A DNA stretch of 64,000 bases from Candidatus Multivoradales bacterium (GTDB lineage: Bacteria > Acidobacteriota > Thermoanaerobaculia > Multivoradales > J023). Made by a program: the position numbers and the translations under genes. Where the stretch lies: NCBI GenBank assembly GCA_965248925.1, contig CBDFLE010000005.1, positions 1,952,001-2,016,000 on the forward strand, in the 5' to 3' direction. The notes beneath the pieces were generated by a model. It worked only from the letters and a program-made list of their open reading frames with translations. It was not told the origin of the DNA and did no database searches. This document shows positions 1 through 10,372 of this stretch, one piece after another; within the stretch, counting starts at the first letter, position 1; each line of letters starts with the position of its first letter.

Positions 1-2
1 CC

Positions 3-3000
3 GCCCCTGATCAACCGCCCGTCGAAATAGCCCTGACGGATCGGGAGAGCAGCTATCGCTTCGGCTTCTTGCCGCCCGGCACCTACACCCTCGACGCCAT
101 CGACGGGCAGGGTAACCGGGGTCGCACGACGGTGGTGATCGAGGAAACGGCGCAGATCTTCGAGGCCGACGTGGTTTTCCTCGGCCGGGGTGTGGTCAAT
201 GGCGTGGTCGAAGGCGCCAGTGGCCAACTGCTGGTTGGCGCGGCGGTCGAGATCTCAAGCCGCGGTCTGTTCGATCAGCTGCTCATCGGCACCTCGGGCG
301 CGGATGGGCGCTTCAGCATCGCCGGGGTCTTTGTCGGCGAGTTTGACGCCGTGGCCCGCGACCTGACTAGCAATCTGACCGGTAGCGCTGTTGGCGAAAT
401 CCGCCACCAGGGCGACAGCGAAGAGCTGACTATCGTGGTCGAAGAGACCGCCAGCGTCGAGGGCCGGGTGTTCGAGCTCGATGGGGTGACGCCGGTGGGC
501 GGCGCCGAGGTCACGGTGAGCACCCTGGGTTTGCGGCGTAGCGGTCTGAGCGCAGCCAACGGTGATTACCGCTTCGATGGCCTGCCGCTCGACAACTACT
601 CGCTGTCGGCACGTCACCCACTCAATGCCGACTGCGCTAGCAGCTCGGTGAGCCTCGATGCACCGCTCGAAGTGCGCACCCGAGATCTGGTAATGCACGG
701 CCTAGGCACGGTAGAAGTGACGGTGCGCTACGCCGATGGCACCCTCGCACCCGGCGCCCGTGTCTCTCTCACCAGTGGCATACCCTGCGTAGCCAGACGC
801 AGCGCCCTCGCCGATGCGAACGGTCGCGCGACCTTCAACGGCCTACCGACAGGGGGTCTGGAAGCTCTGGCGACCAGCCCGGTGGGTGGCCTCCAGGGCC
901 AGATCCGCTCTACCCTGCTTCCTGGCGAAATCCTGGCACTGACTGTCGAGCTGGGGCCGTCGGGGGTGATCTTCGGTACTGTCTTCGGCAACGGTGGCTT
1001 CACCCCAGCAGCCGGGGTCGAGGTGCACTGGCGCGGCCGAACGGTGCGCACCGGGATCGATGGTAGCTACCGCTTCGATTGGGCCAAGCTGTCGCAGAAT
1101 CCACACACGGTTGAGGCCAACACCCTCGACCGCAGCCGACGAGCACGAGTCAGCGGCATTTTGATTGCGGCCGACGGCGGCTCGGTGCGGCGCGATCTGG
1201 TGCTCTCCGCCGTCGGCACGGTCACTGGCGTGGTGCGTGATGAAGCCGGCCTGGCGGTGGCGAATGCCTCGGTCACGGTGACAACTTTGGCTGCGGGTGG
1301 GCCAAACCGCCAGGTGCTGAGCGATGTCAATGGCATCTACTTCGCTAGCAGCGTTGCGGTCGGCGACATCCGCGCCGAGGCCAAGGATGGTGAGGGGGGC
1401 TTCGGTACAAAGAGCGGTGTACTCAGCTCCGAAGGCCAGGTGCTGACCCTCGACATCCGGCTGTTGGCGCCGACCAGCCGCTTCGCCAGTCAGCTCTTCG
1501 ATGCCAACAACCACCGCTACCCGATCTCGGTCGACAGTGGCGGGGTGCTCGGCGGCAGCCTGGGCATCTTCGATGGTGACAACGGCGAGAACCGCGATGC
1601 GATGTTGCTCGAGATCGGTCAGGGAGGCATCTTCCACCGCTTCGATGCCGCTAGCTCCGTGCTGTCGAGCACCGGCCGCGAGGTGGTGCTTGAGGGCGGT
1701 GATCCATCGGGTCTGGTGGTCACCCGCAAGGTGTTCATCCCCCTCGATGGCTATTTCGTGCGCTACCTCGAAGTGCTGTTTAATCCTTCTCCGCAGCCGA
1801 TCACGGTGGATGTGCGAGTTGATAGCTTCTTCGAGTTCTTGACCAATGTCAGGAATGGCGCCGCGTTCTTCGATCCCTTGACCCTGGTGAGCACCTCGAA
1901 CGGCGATCAGCGATTGCTGGTTGGAGCGGCGGCGCCCACCGGCACCGAGGTGGATCGCTGGCTGGTGCTCGAGGCGATTTCGCAAAGCGCCAACGGCCCG
2001 GTGTTCGATGCCCTCTATCCGACCTTCGGCTACCTCTTCCAGGGTCCAGGGGCGGCACTCGGCATCGACCGCTTGACCTACGAGACCGACTTCGCCGGCC
2101 GCTTCAGCCGTCTGCGCTCGCAGTGGAACCAACTCACCGTGCTGCCGGGCGACAGCATCACCCTGATGCACTTCGCCACTCAACAGACCAGTATCGAAGC
2201 TGCCACCGCGAGCCAGGAACGACTGCTCAGCCTGCCTCCCGAGGGCCTCGCCGGCTTGACCGCGGGCGAACTCCAGACCCTGGCCAACTTTGCCCCACCG
2301 CCCGGTGGCAGCAGCCTGCTCGACCCACTGCCGGCCCTCGATGGCGGGATCACCGGCACGGTGCTCGAAGGCGACGGCAGCAGCCGGGTAGCCAACGCTG
2401 AAGTGCGCTACCGCTCGACCAGCCCATTCTTTGGCCGCCTGCTCGAAGTCGAAGCCGATGCTGCCGGCGACTACACCCTCACCACCAGCGAGGCGATCAA
2501 CAACGGCAACCGTAGGGTGATTCCGCGAGTCTCTTTCCGCGTCGATGCCACCAACCCGGACACCCGGGGAGTCTCGCCAGCCTATGCCGGCGACTTCCCC
2601 GCCGGAGGTCCAAGCACTCAGCAAGACATTGTCTTTGTCGACACCAGCTTGGTCGAAGGCACCGTGCGCCGCGCCGACGGCAACGTGGTGAGCTTCGGCG
2701 ATGTGGTGCTGCGCGCTCGCCAGCAGCTGATCAACGTCGCCAGGCCGGTCCCCGGCGATGGCCGCTTTGAGTTCAACGGTCTGCCCCCCGAGGTCTACTC
2801 CCTGGTCGCCAGCCAACCCCATCCGCAGGGTACGGCGCTGCGCACCGCCGGCTCGGCCCTGGTGTCGACAGGCGGACAGCGAGTGTTGGCCGACCTCACC
2901 ATGCCGCCGACCGGTGGCGTCGAGGGCATCGTGCGCACCGGCGATGGCTTCCCCGGCGTTGGTCTGGAGCTGGCGCTGCGCGGCCCCGACTTCGGCCGCT

Positions 3001-6000
3001 TCACCACCAGCGACAGCGGTGGCCAGTACCGCTTCCTCGACGTTCCTGCGGGCGTCTACACCCTGCGCGGGATCGAGCCGATCACCCGCATCGCTACCGA
3101 GATTCCGCTGGATCTAGTGGCCGGCTCCGTGCTGCAACTTGATTTGCAGCTCTTCGCCCTCGGCTCGGTCATCGTCGAGGCGCAGCTGTCCGACGGCACC
3201 CCGGCCGTGGGTAGCGAGGTACGGATTCAGATCGCAGTGCTGGGTAGCGGCTTCGTCGCTGCCGGCACCACCGATGCAACCGGCAAGCTACGGATCGACG
3301 ACGTACCGGTGGGCAACCTCACCGTGCGCGTGCTGCATCCGCAGAACCCGTTCTTGGCCATCGACGAAAGCGCGCTGCTGAGCACCGGGGGCGGCACGCT
3401 GACGGTGCCGGTAGAGTTGCCGATCGACCAACCACCAGCGATCGAGATGGTGCTGCCAGTGGCCGGCTCGGTGGTCGCGCCGGGCAACCTGCTGACCCTG
3501 CAAGCCGCCGCGGCAGACCTGGTGGGCCTCAGCCGGGTCGACTTCCTGGTCAACGGTACCGAGGTCGGCAGCGACACCACTGCGCCCTATCGGATCGTGT
3601 ATCGGGTGGTTGAACCGCCAACCACGATCCTGTCGATCAGCGCCATCGCCCGCGACAATGGCATCAACTCGGCTCAAGCGGTGCCGGTGGCGGTGACCGT
3701 CGGTGCTGATTCGACACCGCCTACCGTGACGCTGACCGCGCCGGCTGACGGCGCCTCGGCCATCGAGGGTAGCCGAGTGATCTTGAGCGCCAACGCCACC
3801 GACGGCGGCGCCGTCGCCAGGGTCGAGTTCCGCATCGATGGGGTGTTGTTAGAAATCGTCCAGAACGCTCCTTATAGCTCTGCTCTCGACCTCGACCCGA
3901 ATCTCGCGCCCAGCGGTCCGGTGGCCGTGACCCTCACCGCTACCGCTTTCGACTTCGCCGGCAACAGCAGCAGCGATAGCCGCACCCTGACGGTGTTGAG
4001 CGATCAGGGGCCGAGCATCGCCATCGTCAGTGCGCCAGCCAGCGGCTCGGTGCTCACTGAGGGCGAGTTGGTGCGCTTCGAGGTCGACGCCAGCGATGAC
4101 CGGGGCGCCGAGGTCGAGCTGCGGATCAATGGCGAGGTGCTGCAAACGCGGCCCTACCAGCCCTTCCGCTTCGATTTCACCGTTCCTTCACCGAGCGAGC
4201 TAGCGTCGCCATTCGAGGTCGTCTTCATCGCTCGCGACGAGCGCGGGCAGACCGCCTCGACGCCGGCAATACAGCTGCAGATCGCATCCGACGAACCGCC
4301 CACCGTGGCCATTACCAGCCCGGCCGCGGGCTTGCTGGCCACCGAGGGCGAGTTATTGCAAATCGCCGCTAGCGCTAGCGATGACCTGGGCGTGGTTTCA
4401 GTGGCATTCTTCCTCGACCAGGAGGCGATCGGCGAACTGACAGAGGAGCCCTACGAGCTAGAGCTTCGCCTGCCAGCAGGGGAGGCCGGCAATCTGGCAC
4501 TGCGAGCCATCGCGACGGACACCACCGGCCAGACCCGCGAAGCCACGATCACCCTGGTGCGCCAGGACGATTCAGTAGCGCCAACGGTGAGCTTGATCTC
4601 ACCTCTCGACGGCACTACCCTGCCGGTGGGATTCTCAGATCTGATCTTGCTGCTCGACCACAGCGCATCGAACGCAACCGCCGCAGGATTCGACCTCGAT
4701 GGCGACGGCAGCGACGACAAAGTCAGCCGAGTGCAGGTGATCGCCGCCCGTGCCCTGCTGCAACAGCTCGATGCCAGCACCAGCCGAGTGGCCTTGGTGC
4801 GCATGCTCGCCGGCGCGGCGGCCGAAGGCGGCCTGACCAACGACTTCGCCAGCATCGATCTGCGTCTTGAGCAGCTGCTCCCCGGCCTGACTTCCGGCCA
4901 CGCTAGCTTCACCGCCGGTCTGGAAGTGGCGCGCGATCAGCTCACCAGCCTGGCCGCTCAGCGCACCGCACGGCCGCTGATCGTGCTGTTCTCTGATGGC
5001 CAGGGCGGCATCTTCCCGACCGAGATCATCGAGCGCCTGATTGCCCACGACGCGGTGGTCCACACGGTGGCGGTGGGGGCTACGGCCGATCCGGAAGTGC
5101 TCGAACAGATCGCCTTGGCCACCGGTGGCACGGCGAGCTTGCTGGCGACGACCACTGATCTTGCCACCATGCTCGCCACCATCGGTCGCCTGGGGCTCGC
5201 CCAACTGACGGTGGAGGCCGAGGCCACGGATGACATCGCCTTGCGCGAGGTCACCTTCCGGGTCACCGGTGGCGGCCTTGACCAGAGCCTGGTGCTCGAG
5301 CAACCGCCCTACCTCACCGCCTTGCCGCTACCTGAATTCGCTGCCCCGACGGACCTCACCCTCACCGCCGAAGCCCGTGACTTCGGCGACAATCTCGCCC
5401 TCAGTGCAGCGACCCAGGTGACCGTGACACCAGTCGACAGCTCACCAGATCTGACTATCTTGCTGCCCGACCGCGGTATTGCCGGCGACACCATCACTCT
5501 GCTCGGCCGCTACTTCTCGCGAGTCGCCAATGCCCACAGCGTGCGCTTCGACGGGTTGCTAGCCACCGTCACTTCAGCCTCCAAATTCGAGCTTCAGGTA
5601 ACGGTGCCAGGGGGAGTGCGCAGCGGCCTGGTGACCGTCACCCTCGACGGCCTGACCACCGCCGGCCTGCGCTTCGAGCTCGATAGCGACTTCGACGGTT
5701 TGAGCGATGAGGAAGAAGCAGCCCTGGGCACAGATCCCACCAACCCCGACAGCGACGGCGACGGCCTCAGCGATGGCGCCGAGGTTGATGAGCACGGCAC
5801 CGACCCCCTTGCCGCCGACTCCGACAGCGACGGCATGGACGACGGCTTCGAGATCGCCCAGGGCTTTGACCCGAACGACCCGGCGGACGCGGGCGGCGAC
5901 CCCGATGGTGATGGTCTGAGCAACGTCCGCGAATTCCAGGCCGGCAGCGACCCCTTCGACCCGGACACCGACGGCGACACCCTGACGGACGGCGACGAGG

Positions 6001-9000
6001 TCGACCTCTACGGCACCGATCCCACCCTGCGCGACACCGATGGCGGTGGCCGTGAGGATCAACAAGAGATCGCCGATGGCACTGATCCTCTCGATCCCTC
6101 CGACGATGTCTTCGACTTGCCGGTGGTGCTGATCGATGGCGGCGGCTTTGATTGGGATCTGGTCCGCGGCGGCCTGATCCATCACGGTCTGAACGATGCC
6201 TTCGACCTGGCCTTCATCCGCATCGTCAACAATTTGACGCCCTGCCTTGGCTTCGGTCCCAGCGCTTGCCGGCGGAGCGCCGCTTTTGAAGACGGTGGCC
6301 GCGAAATCATCCTCAGCCGGCACGAGCACAGTGGCGAGCCCGGACTGTTCTATTCTCGTAAGGTCTTCGTCCCCGAGGACGACCGCTTCGTGCGCTACCT
6401 CGAAATCATCGACAACGAAACGGCGGCGGCGAAGGAAGTTACGGTGCGGATCAAGTCCACGGTCGGTACCAGTTTCCTCACCCAGCGGGTCGCCACCTCC
6501 TCCGGGGCGGTAGATTTCGGCGTCCGCGATCGTTGGATCGTCACCGACGACGAAGACCTCACCGGCTCGCCGGCCGTGGCCTTCGTCTTTGCCGGCGTCA
6601 CCACTCGGACCTTGCCGAGCCGGGTCTTCACCAATGCTCCGGGCAACGATGCCATCGAGTATTCGGTGACCTTCACGGTGCCTGCGGGCGAGCGGCGACT
6701 GATGATGCACTTCGGCGTGCAAGCCATTGAACAAGTCACCGCCACGGCCCAGGCCGAGCGCGTCAGCCGCCTCGAAGGCAGCACCCTGGATGGCCTGTCG
6801 GCCACGGAGCAGGCGCAGATCGTCAACTTCTTTGCCTATCCAGACGCCGACCTAGATCATCTCGCGGACGCCGACGAGCCGGTTCTGGGCACCGATCCTC
6901 TGAATCCCGACAGCGACGGCGACAGTCTGCTCGATGGGTTCGAGGTCGAATTTGGTTTCGATCCGCTGGTGGCCGACGACCCGACCGCCGATCCCGACAG
7001 CGACGGTCTGTCGAACTTCGATGAGCAGGCAGCCCTCGGCGATCCGACCAATCCAGACACCGATGGCGACGGCCTGGACGACGGCCAAGAAGTAGCGAAC
7101 GGCTCCGAGACCGCGCTACGGGACACCGACGCCGATGGCCTCGACGACGGCCCGGAAGTGCTGACCCACGGCACCGATCCCACCGCCTTCGACACCGACG
7201 GTGGTGGCCTCGGCGATGGTGACGAGATCGATCGGGGCAAAGACCCTCTCGACCCCACTGACGATATCTTTGAGGTCGCCCTACCCCTGGTGCTGACCGA
7301 TGGCGACGGCTTCGAGTGGGACATCCAGCAGCACGGCGGCCAATACGCCGGCACCGAGGGGGCCTTCACCGGCAGCAGCACACCGTTTATCTTCGACGGT
7401 GCTTTCGAGCAGTTGGTCGCCGGCAAGAGAGTTCGGGTCGGGCAATGGGAAACCGCCCTGGCGGAGGACTTCGGCCGTGAGTTGCGCACCGGGCAGTTCT
7501 TCATTGCCGACGTTGGCGAGCCTCGGGTCTGGCGACAGCGCAAGATCTTCGTGCCAGAAGATGACAGCTTCGTCCGCTACCTGGAGATCTTCGAAAACGT
7601 TTTGGACACCCAAGCGGTGACCTTCACCGTCGATATCGAATCCCGGCTCGGCTCTGGCTTTGACACCTTGATCGTGCAGACCTCGAGCGGTGATCCAACT
7701 TACACCGCCGAGGACGACTGGATCGTCACCGACGATCTCGACGGATTCGGCACCCCGGCCGTCGGCCACGTCTTCCACAGCGCCAACGGGCTGGTCACAC
7801 CGAGCGCAGTGTCGACTACCGCGCCGGGCTCCAACCTGGTGACCTTCACCTACGAGCTGACGGTGCCACCGAGTGGAACGGTGATTCTGATGCACTTCGG
7901 CATCCAGGCTTTCGACCGCACGACGGCGCTAGCCACCGCCGACCGCCTGATGCGCCTCGGCGGCAGCGCCCTAGATGGCTTGGCGCCGGCCGAGCGCGAC
8001 ACCATCGTCAACTTCTTCCCCTACCTGGACGCCGACTTCGACCGCCTGAGTGATGCCGACGAGGCGTTGGCCGGCACCGATCCCAACAACCCCGACACGG
8101 ACGGCGACGGCCTCAGCGACGGCTTCGAAGTCAGCAACGGTCTCGACCCACTGACCTTCTCCCTCGACGCCGACAACGACGGTCTGGAAAACGCGGACGA
8201 GATCGCCCGTGGTACCCACCCCGCGCTGCCCGACAGCGACAGCGACTTGTTGCTCGACGGCGCGGAGGTCTTCACCCACCTCACCGATCCACTGGCGCTC
8301 GACAGCGACCTCGGTGGTGTCGAAGACGGCCGCGAAGTGATCTTCGACGGCACCGATCCCCTAGATGCCAACGACGACCAGGGACCGATACAGGTCAATC
8401 AATCCGTCTTCGGCGTCGACCCAGCCCTGGCCGCCGGGCCGACCGGCAACCTGCATATTGTCTGGAAGGACATTCGCACCGGTTGCGAGGAGCTGTTCTA
8501 CAGCCTGCTCACCCCGACTGGTGAGACGCTGATCGACGACACTCAGATCACCGACGACTGCGACGACGCCAATGTCCCACGGGTCGCCAGCGACGCCACC
8601 GGCCACCTGCATGTGCTGTGGACCAACTCCGACGATCTGCGCTACCTCAAGCTCGACCCGGACCTCGACGATCAAGACGGCTCCGCATCGACCGCGGCAA
8701 CCCTACTGGTGGTGGCTCCCCAGACCGTGCTGCCACTACCGGACAACGATGGTGGCGGACCGGTCAGTGCCCCCGACACCGTGCCCACTTCGGCCAAGGT
8801 CTTCGCCTTCGAAGATGCCTTCCGCTACGACCTCGCCGCCGACGGCGCCGGCCACGTTCACATTGTCTGGCAGAACGAAGTTGCCCCCAGCGCCCCGGTT
8901 TCCTCACCGCTAGGTGTCAAAGGCGGTCCCCCCGGCGACTACGACAACGAAGTCCACTACCTGCAACTCGATACCGCGGGTATCGAAGTAGTCAGCGATC

Positions 9001-9851
9001 AAGAGATTTTCCTCGCCGCAGCAAGCCCCGACGGACCCGAAGGCTTCCCCGGAATCGCAATCGATGCCAGCGGCGATGTCCACCTGCTGTGGCGCGGCGA
9101 AGACCAAGACCTCGGCGGCTGGGGCATCTTCTATGCCCAACTCGCCGCCATCGATGGCGGCTTGCGGATCGCCCCCACCAACCTGACGCCCGGCGCCGAC
9201 ACGGCGATCAGCTACCCAAGCCTCGCCATACAGCCAGCTGGCGATCAGGTGGCGGTGGTGTTCGAAGATCTGGCAAGCGCGGGAGCTGAGATCTTCCTGC
9301 TACGGATCAATCCACGGCTCGACGACCGTAACGGAGACGCCGCCAACCAGGCTCAGATCACCACTCTTGGCCGCACCCTACTGACCGACGACGACGGCAA
9401 CGCCAGCGAGCGGCCGGCGGTGGCGCTCGATGCTCGCGGCGACCTGCACCTCAGCTACTTCGAAACCGTGCCAGATCCCTTCTCTACCTCAGGCGACCAG
9501 GCCGTCATCGAGCTGGCGGTATTCGATTCCTCGGGAGTGGTGAGGATTCCGGCACTGACTGCCGGCGATGCTTTCGATCCCGACGCCCGCGCGCCACGGC
9601 CCGAGCCGGCGGTCTTCGGTGTCTCCTCCGCATTGACCTGGTACGTACAAGACACCGACTTCGCCGTCGACTTCACAGTCCTGCTGCGCACCTTCCACCC
9701 CGACGCCGACGGCGATGGCCTGGGCCGGTACCTCGAGCTTGAGCTGGGCACCGATCCGACCCTCGCCGACACCGATGGCGGTGGGCGGAGCGACGGCGAC
9801 GAGGTTTTGATTGATGGCACTGACCCGCTCGATGGCGCTGATGATCTTTGA
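3..9851 (+). CDS. Giant surface/extracellular repeat protein, 5'-truncated by the window edge. Carboxypeptidase-regulatory-like beta-sandwich repeats, Ig-like (Big_7-type) repeats, VWA, IPT/TIG and many acidic Ca-binding DxDxDG repeats
   Basis: The frame is open from position 3 (APDQPPVEIALTD...). Repeated 'GxVxGxV...GxYxF' units, 'PxVxIxSPxxG...VxFxxxG...PY' Ig units, VWA MIDAS 'LLLDHSAS' with 'LFSDG', and 'DPxxxDTDGDGLxDGxE' repeats. Confidence 0.85.
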   Translation, partial: APDQPPVEIALTDRESSYRFGFLPPGTYTLDAIDGQGNRGRTTVVIEETAQIFEADVVFLGRGVVNGVVEGASGQLLVGAAVEISSRGLFDQLLIGTSGADGRFSIAGVFVGEFDAVARDLTSNLTGSAVGEIRHQGDSEELTIVVEETASVEGRVFELDGVTPVGGAEVTVSTLGLRRSGLSAANGDYRFDGLPLDNYSLSARHPLNADCASSSVSLDAPLEVRTRDLVMHGLGTVEVTVRYADGTLAPGARVSLTSGIPCVARRSALADANGRATFNGLPTGGLEALATSPVGGLQGQIRSTLLPGEILALTVELGPSGVIFGTVFGNGGFTPAAGVEVHWRGRTVRTGIDGSYRFDWAKLSQNPHTVEANTLDRSRRARVSGILIAADGGSVRRDLVLSAVGTVTGVVRDEAGLAVANASVTVTTLAAGGPNRQVLSDVNGIYFASSVAVGDIRAEAKDGEGGFGTKSGVLSSEGQVLTLDIRLLAPTSRFASQLFDANNHRYPISVDSGGVLGGSLGIFDGDNGENRDAMLLEIGQGGIFHRFDAASSVLSSTGREVVLEGGDPSGLVVTRKVFIPLDGYFVRYLEVLFNPSPQPITVDVRVDSFFEFLTNVRNGAAFFDPLTLVSTSNGDQRLLVGAAAPTGTEVDRWLVLEAISQSANGPVFDALYPTFGYLFQGPGAALGIDRLTYETDFAGRFSRLRSQWNQLTVLPGDSITLMHFATQQTSIEAATASQERLLSLPPEGLAGLTAGELQTLANFAPPPGGSSLLDPLPALDGGITGTVLEGDGSSRVANAEVRYRSTSPFFGRLLEVEADAAGDYTLTTSEAINNGNRRVIPRVSFRVDATNPDTRGVSPAYAGDFPAGGPSTQQDIVFVDTSLVEGTVRRADGNVVSFGDVVLRARQQLINVARPVPGDGRFEFNGLPPEVYSLVASQPHPQGTALRTAGSALVSTGGQRVLADLTMPPTGGVEGIVRTGDGFPGVGLELALRGPDFGRFTTSDSGGQYRFLDVPAGVYTLRGIEPITRIATEIPLDLVAGSVLQLDLQLFALGSVIVEAQLSDGTPAVGSEVRIQIAVLGSGFVAAGTTDATGKLRIDDVPVGNLTVRVLHPQNPFLAIDESALLSTGGGTLTVPVELPIDQPPAIEMVLPVAGSVVAPGNLLTLQAAAADLVGLSRVDFLVNGTEVGSDTTAPYRIVYRVVEPPTTILSISAIARDNGINSAQAVPVAVTVGADSTPPTVTLTAPADGASAIEGSRVILSANATDGGAVARVEFRIDGVLLEIVQNAPYSSALDLDPNLAPSGPVAVTLTATAFDFAGNSSSDSRTLTVLSDQGPSIAIVSAPASGSVLTEGELVRFEVDASDDRGAEVELRINGEVLQTRPYQPFRFDFTVPSPSELASPFEVVFIARDERGQTASTPAIQLQIASDEPPTVAITSPAAGLLATEGELLQIAASASDDLGVVSVAFFLDQEAIGELTEEPYELELRLPAGEAGNLALRAIATDTTGQTREATITLVRQDDSVAPTVSLISPLDGTTLPVGFSDLILLLDHSASNATAAGFDLDGDGSDDKVSRVQVIAARALLQQLDASTSRVALVRMLAGAAAEGGLTNDFASIDLRLEQLLPGLTSGHASFTAGLEVARDQLTSLAAQRTARPLIVLFSDGQGGIFPTEIIERLIAHDAVVHTVAVGATADPEVLEQIALATGGTASLLATTTDLATMLATIGRLGLAQLTVEAEATDDIALREVTFRVTGGGLDQSLVLEQPPYLTALPLPEFAAPTDLTLTAEARDFGDNLALSAATQVTVTPVDSSPDLTILLPDRGIAGDTITLLGRYFSRVANAHSVRFDGLLATVTSASKFELQVTVPGGVRSGLVTVTLDGLTTAGLRFELDSDFDGLSDEEEAALGTDPTNPDSDGDGLSDGAEVDEHGTDPLAADSDSDGMDDGFEIAQGFDPNDPADAGGDPDGDGLSNVREFQAGSDPFDPDTDGDTLTDGDEVDLYGTDPTLRDTDGGGREDQQEIADGTDPLDPSDDVFDLPVVLIDGGGFDWDLVRGGLIHHGLNDAFDLAFIRIVNNLTPCLGFGPSACRRSAAFEDGGREIILSRHEHSGEPGLFYSRKVFVPEDDRFVRYLEIIDNETAAAKEVTVRIKSTVGTSFLTQRVATSSGAVDFGVRDRWIVTDDEDLTGSPAVAFVFAGVTTRTLPSRVFTNAPGNDAIEYSVTFTVPAGERRLMMHFGVQAIEQVTATAQAERVSRLEGSTLDGLSATEQAQIVNFFAYPDADLDHLADADEPVLGTDPLNPDSDGDSLLDGFEVEFGFDPLVADDPTADPDSDGLSNFDEQAALGDPTNPDTDGDGLDDGQEVANGSETALRDTDADGLDDGPEVLTHGTDPTAFDTDGGGLGDGDEIDRGKDPLDPTDDIFEVALPLVLTDGDGFEWDIQQHGGQYAGTEGAFTGSSTPFIFDGAFEQLVAGKRVRVGQWETALAEDFGRELRTGQFFIADVGEPRVWRQRKIFVPEDDSFVRYLEIFENVLDTQAVTFTVDIESRLGSGFDTLIVQTSSGDPTYTAEDDWIVTDDLDGFGTPAVGHVFHSANGLVTPSAVSTTAPGSNLVTFTYELTVPPSGTVILMHFGIQAFDRTTALATADRLMRLGGSALDGLAPAERDTIVNFFPYLDADFDRLSDADEALAGTDPNNPDTDGDGLSDGFEVSNGLDPLTFSLDADNDGLENADEIARGTHPALPDSDSDLLLDGAEVFTHLTDPLALDSDLGGVEDGREVIFDGTDPLDANDDQGPIQVNQSVFGVDPALAAGPTGNLHIVWKDIRTGCEELFYSLLTPTGETLIDDTQITDDCDDANVPRVASDATGHLHVLWTNSDDLRYLKLDPDLDDQDGSASTAATLLVVAPQTVLPLPDNDGGGPVSAPDTVPTSAKVFAFEDAFRYDLAADGAGHVHIVWQNEVAPSAPVSSPLGVKGGPPGDYDNEVHYLQLDTAGIEVVSDQEIFLAAASPDGPEGFPGIAIDASGDVHLLWRGEDQDLGGWGIFYAQLAAIDGGLRIAPTNLTPGADTAISYPSLAIQPAGDQVAVVFEDLASAGAEIFLLRINPRLDDRNGDAANQAQITTLGRTLLTDDDGNASERPAVALDARGDLHLSYFETVPDPFSTSGDQAVIELAVFDSSGVVRIPALTAGDAFDPDARAPRPEPAVFGVSSALTWYVQDTDFAVDFTVLLRTFHPDADGDGLGRYLELELGTDPTLADTDGGGRSDGDEVLIDGTDPLDGADDL

Positions 9852-10314
9852 GCTTGTCGGTGATCAGTGATCAGGCGATTCGGCCCTTGGCCCTGTGCCT
9901 TCAATAGCTTCCGAAAGAAGCGTTTAGCTGCACGGCTATGATGCCGAGACTGGACCAAGAGATCAATTGTGTCCCCATCTTGATCGACAGCTCGCCACAA
10001 GTACTGCTGCCTGCCCTGGATCTTTACGAACACTTCGTCAAGGTACCCAAAGTCACCGAGCCGCCCTTCTTCCGCTTCAGCCGGCGAGTGTAGGCGCAGC
10101 CGAACTTGCCGCACCACTGACGAATCGTCTAGTAGGATAAAGTGACGCCACGCTCAGCGCGCAGATCTTCGACGTCGCGGAAGCTCTGGCAGAAGCGATA
10201 GTAGAGCTAGACGGCGTGGCTGTTGTCTCGGGCGGGAAACGGTAGCCTCGGTAGGTCGGAGCGGGCTCGTTTATGGAGCTACTCTGCCACTCCGAGGCTC
10301 GACCTGACAGTACC
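9846..10314 (-). pseudogene. IS6-family transposase remnant, frameshifted and 3'-truncated, with left IR
   Basis: Pieces in different frames: 'YRGYRFPP', 'YLDEVFVKIQGRQQYLWRAVDQDGDTIDLLVQ', 'AAKRFFRKLLK', 'LITDKLK'. GGTACTGTCAG at 10314-10304 resembles IS6 ends (GGCACTGT). Confidence 0.85.
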
Positions 10315-10372
10315 CTATGAACCGTACTCATGTGGCGATACCGCGAGTTCACAGTTGAGAGGTAATTGCATC

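Noticed and set aside
843-2822. Long antisense or alternate-frame ORFs (e.g. 843-2822, 51646-53250, and the extended 5' parts of 23925, 25295, 36093, 41432)
   Set aside because: Shadow ORFs expected from high GC and codon bias; the real genes are in other frames or start later.
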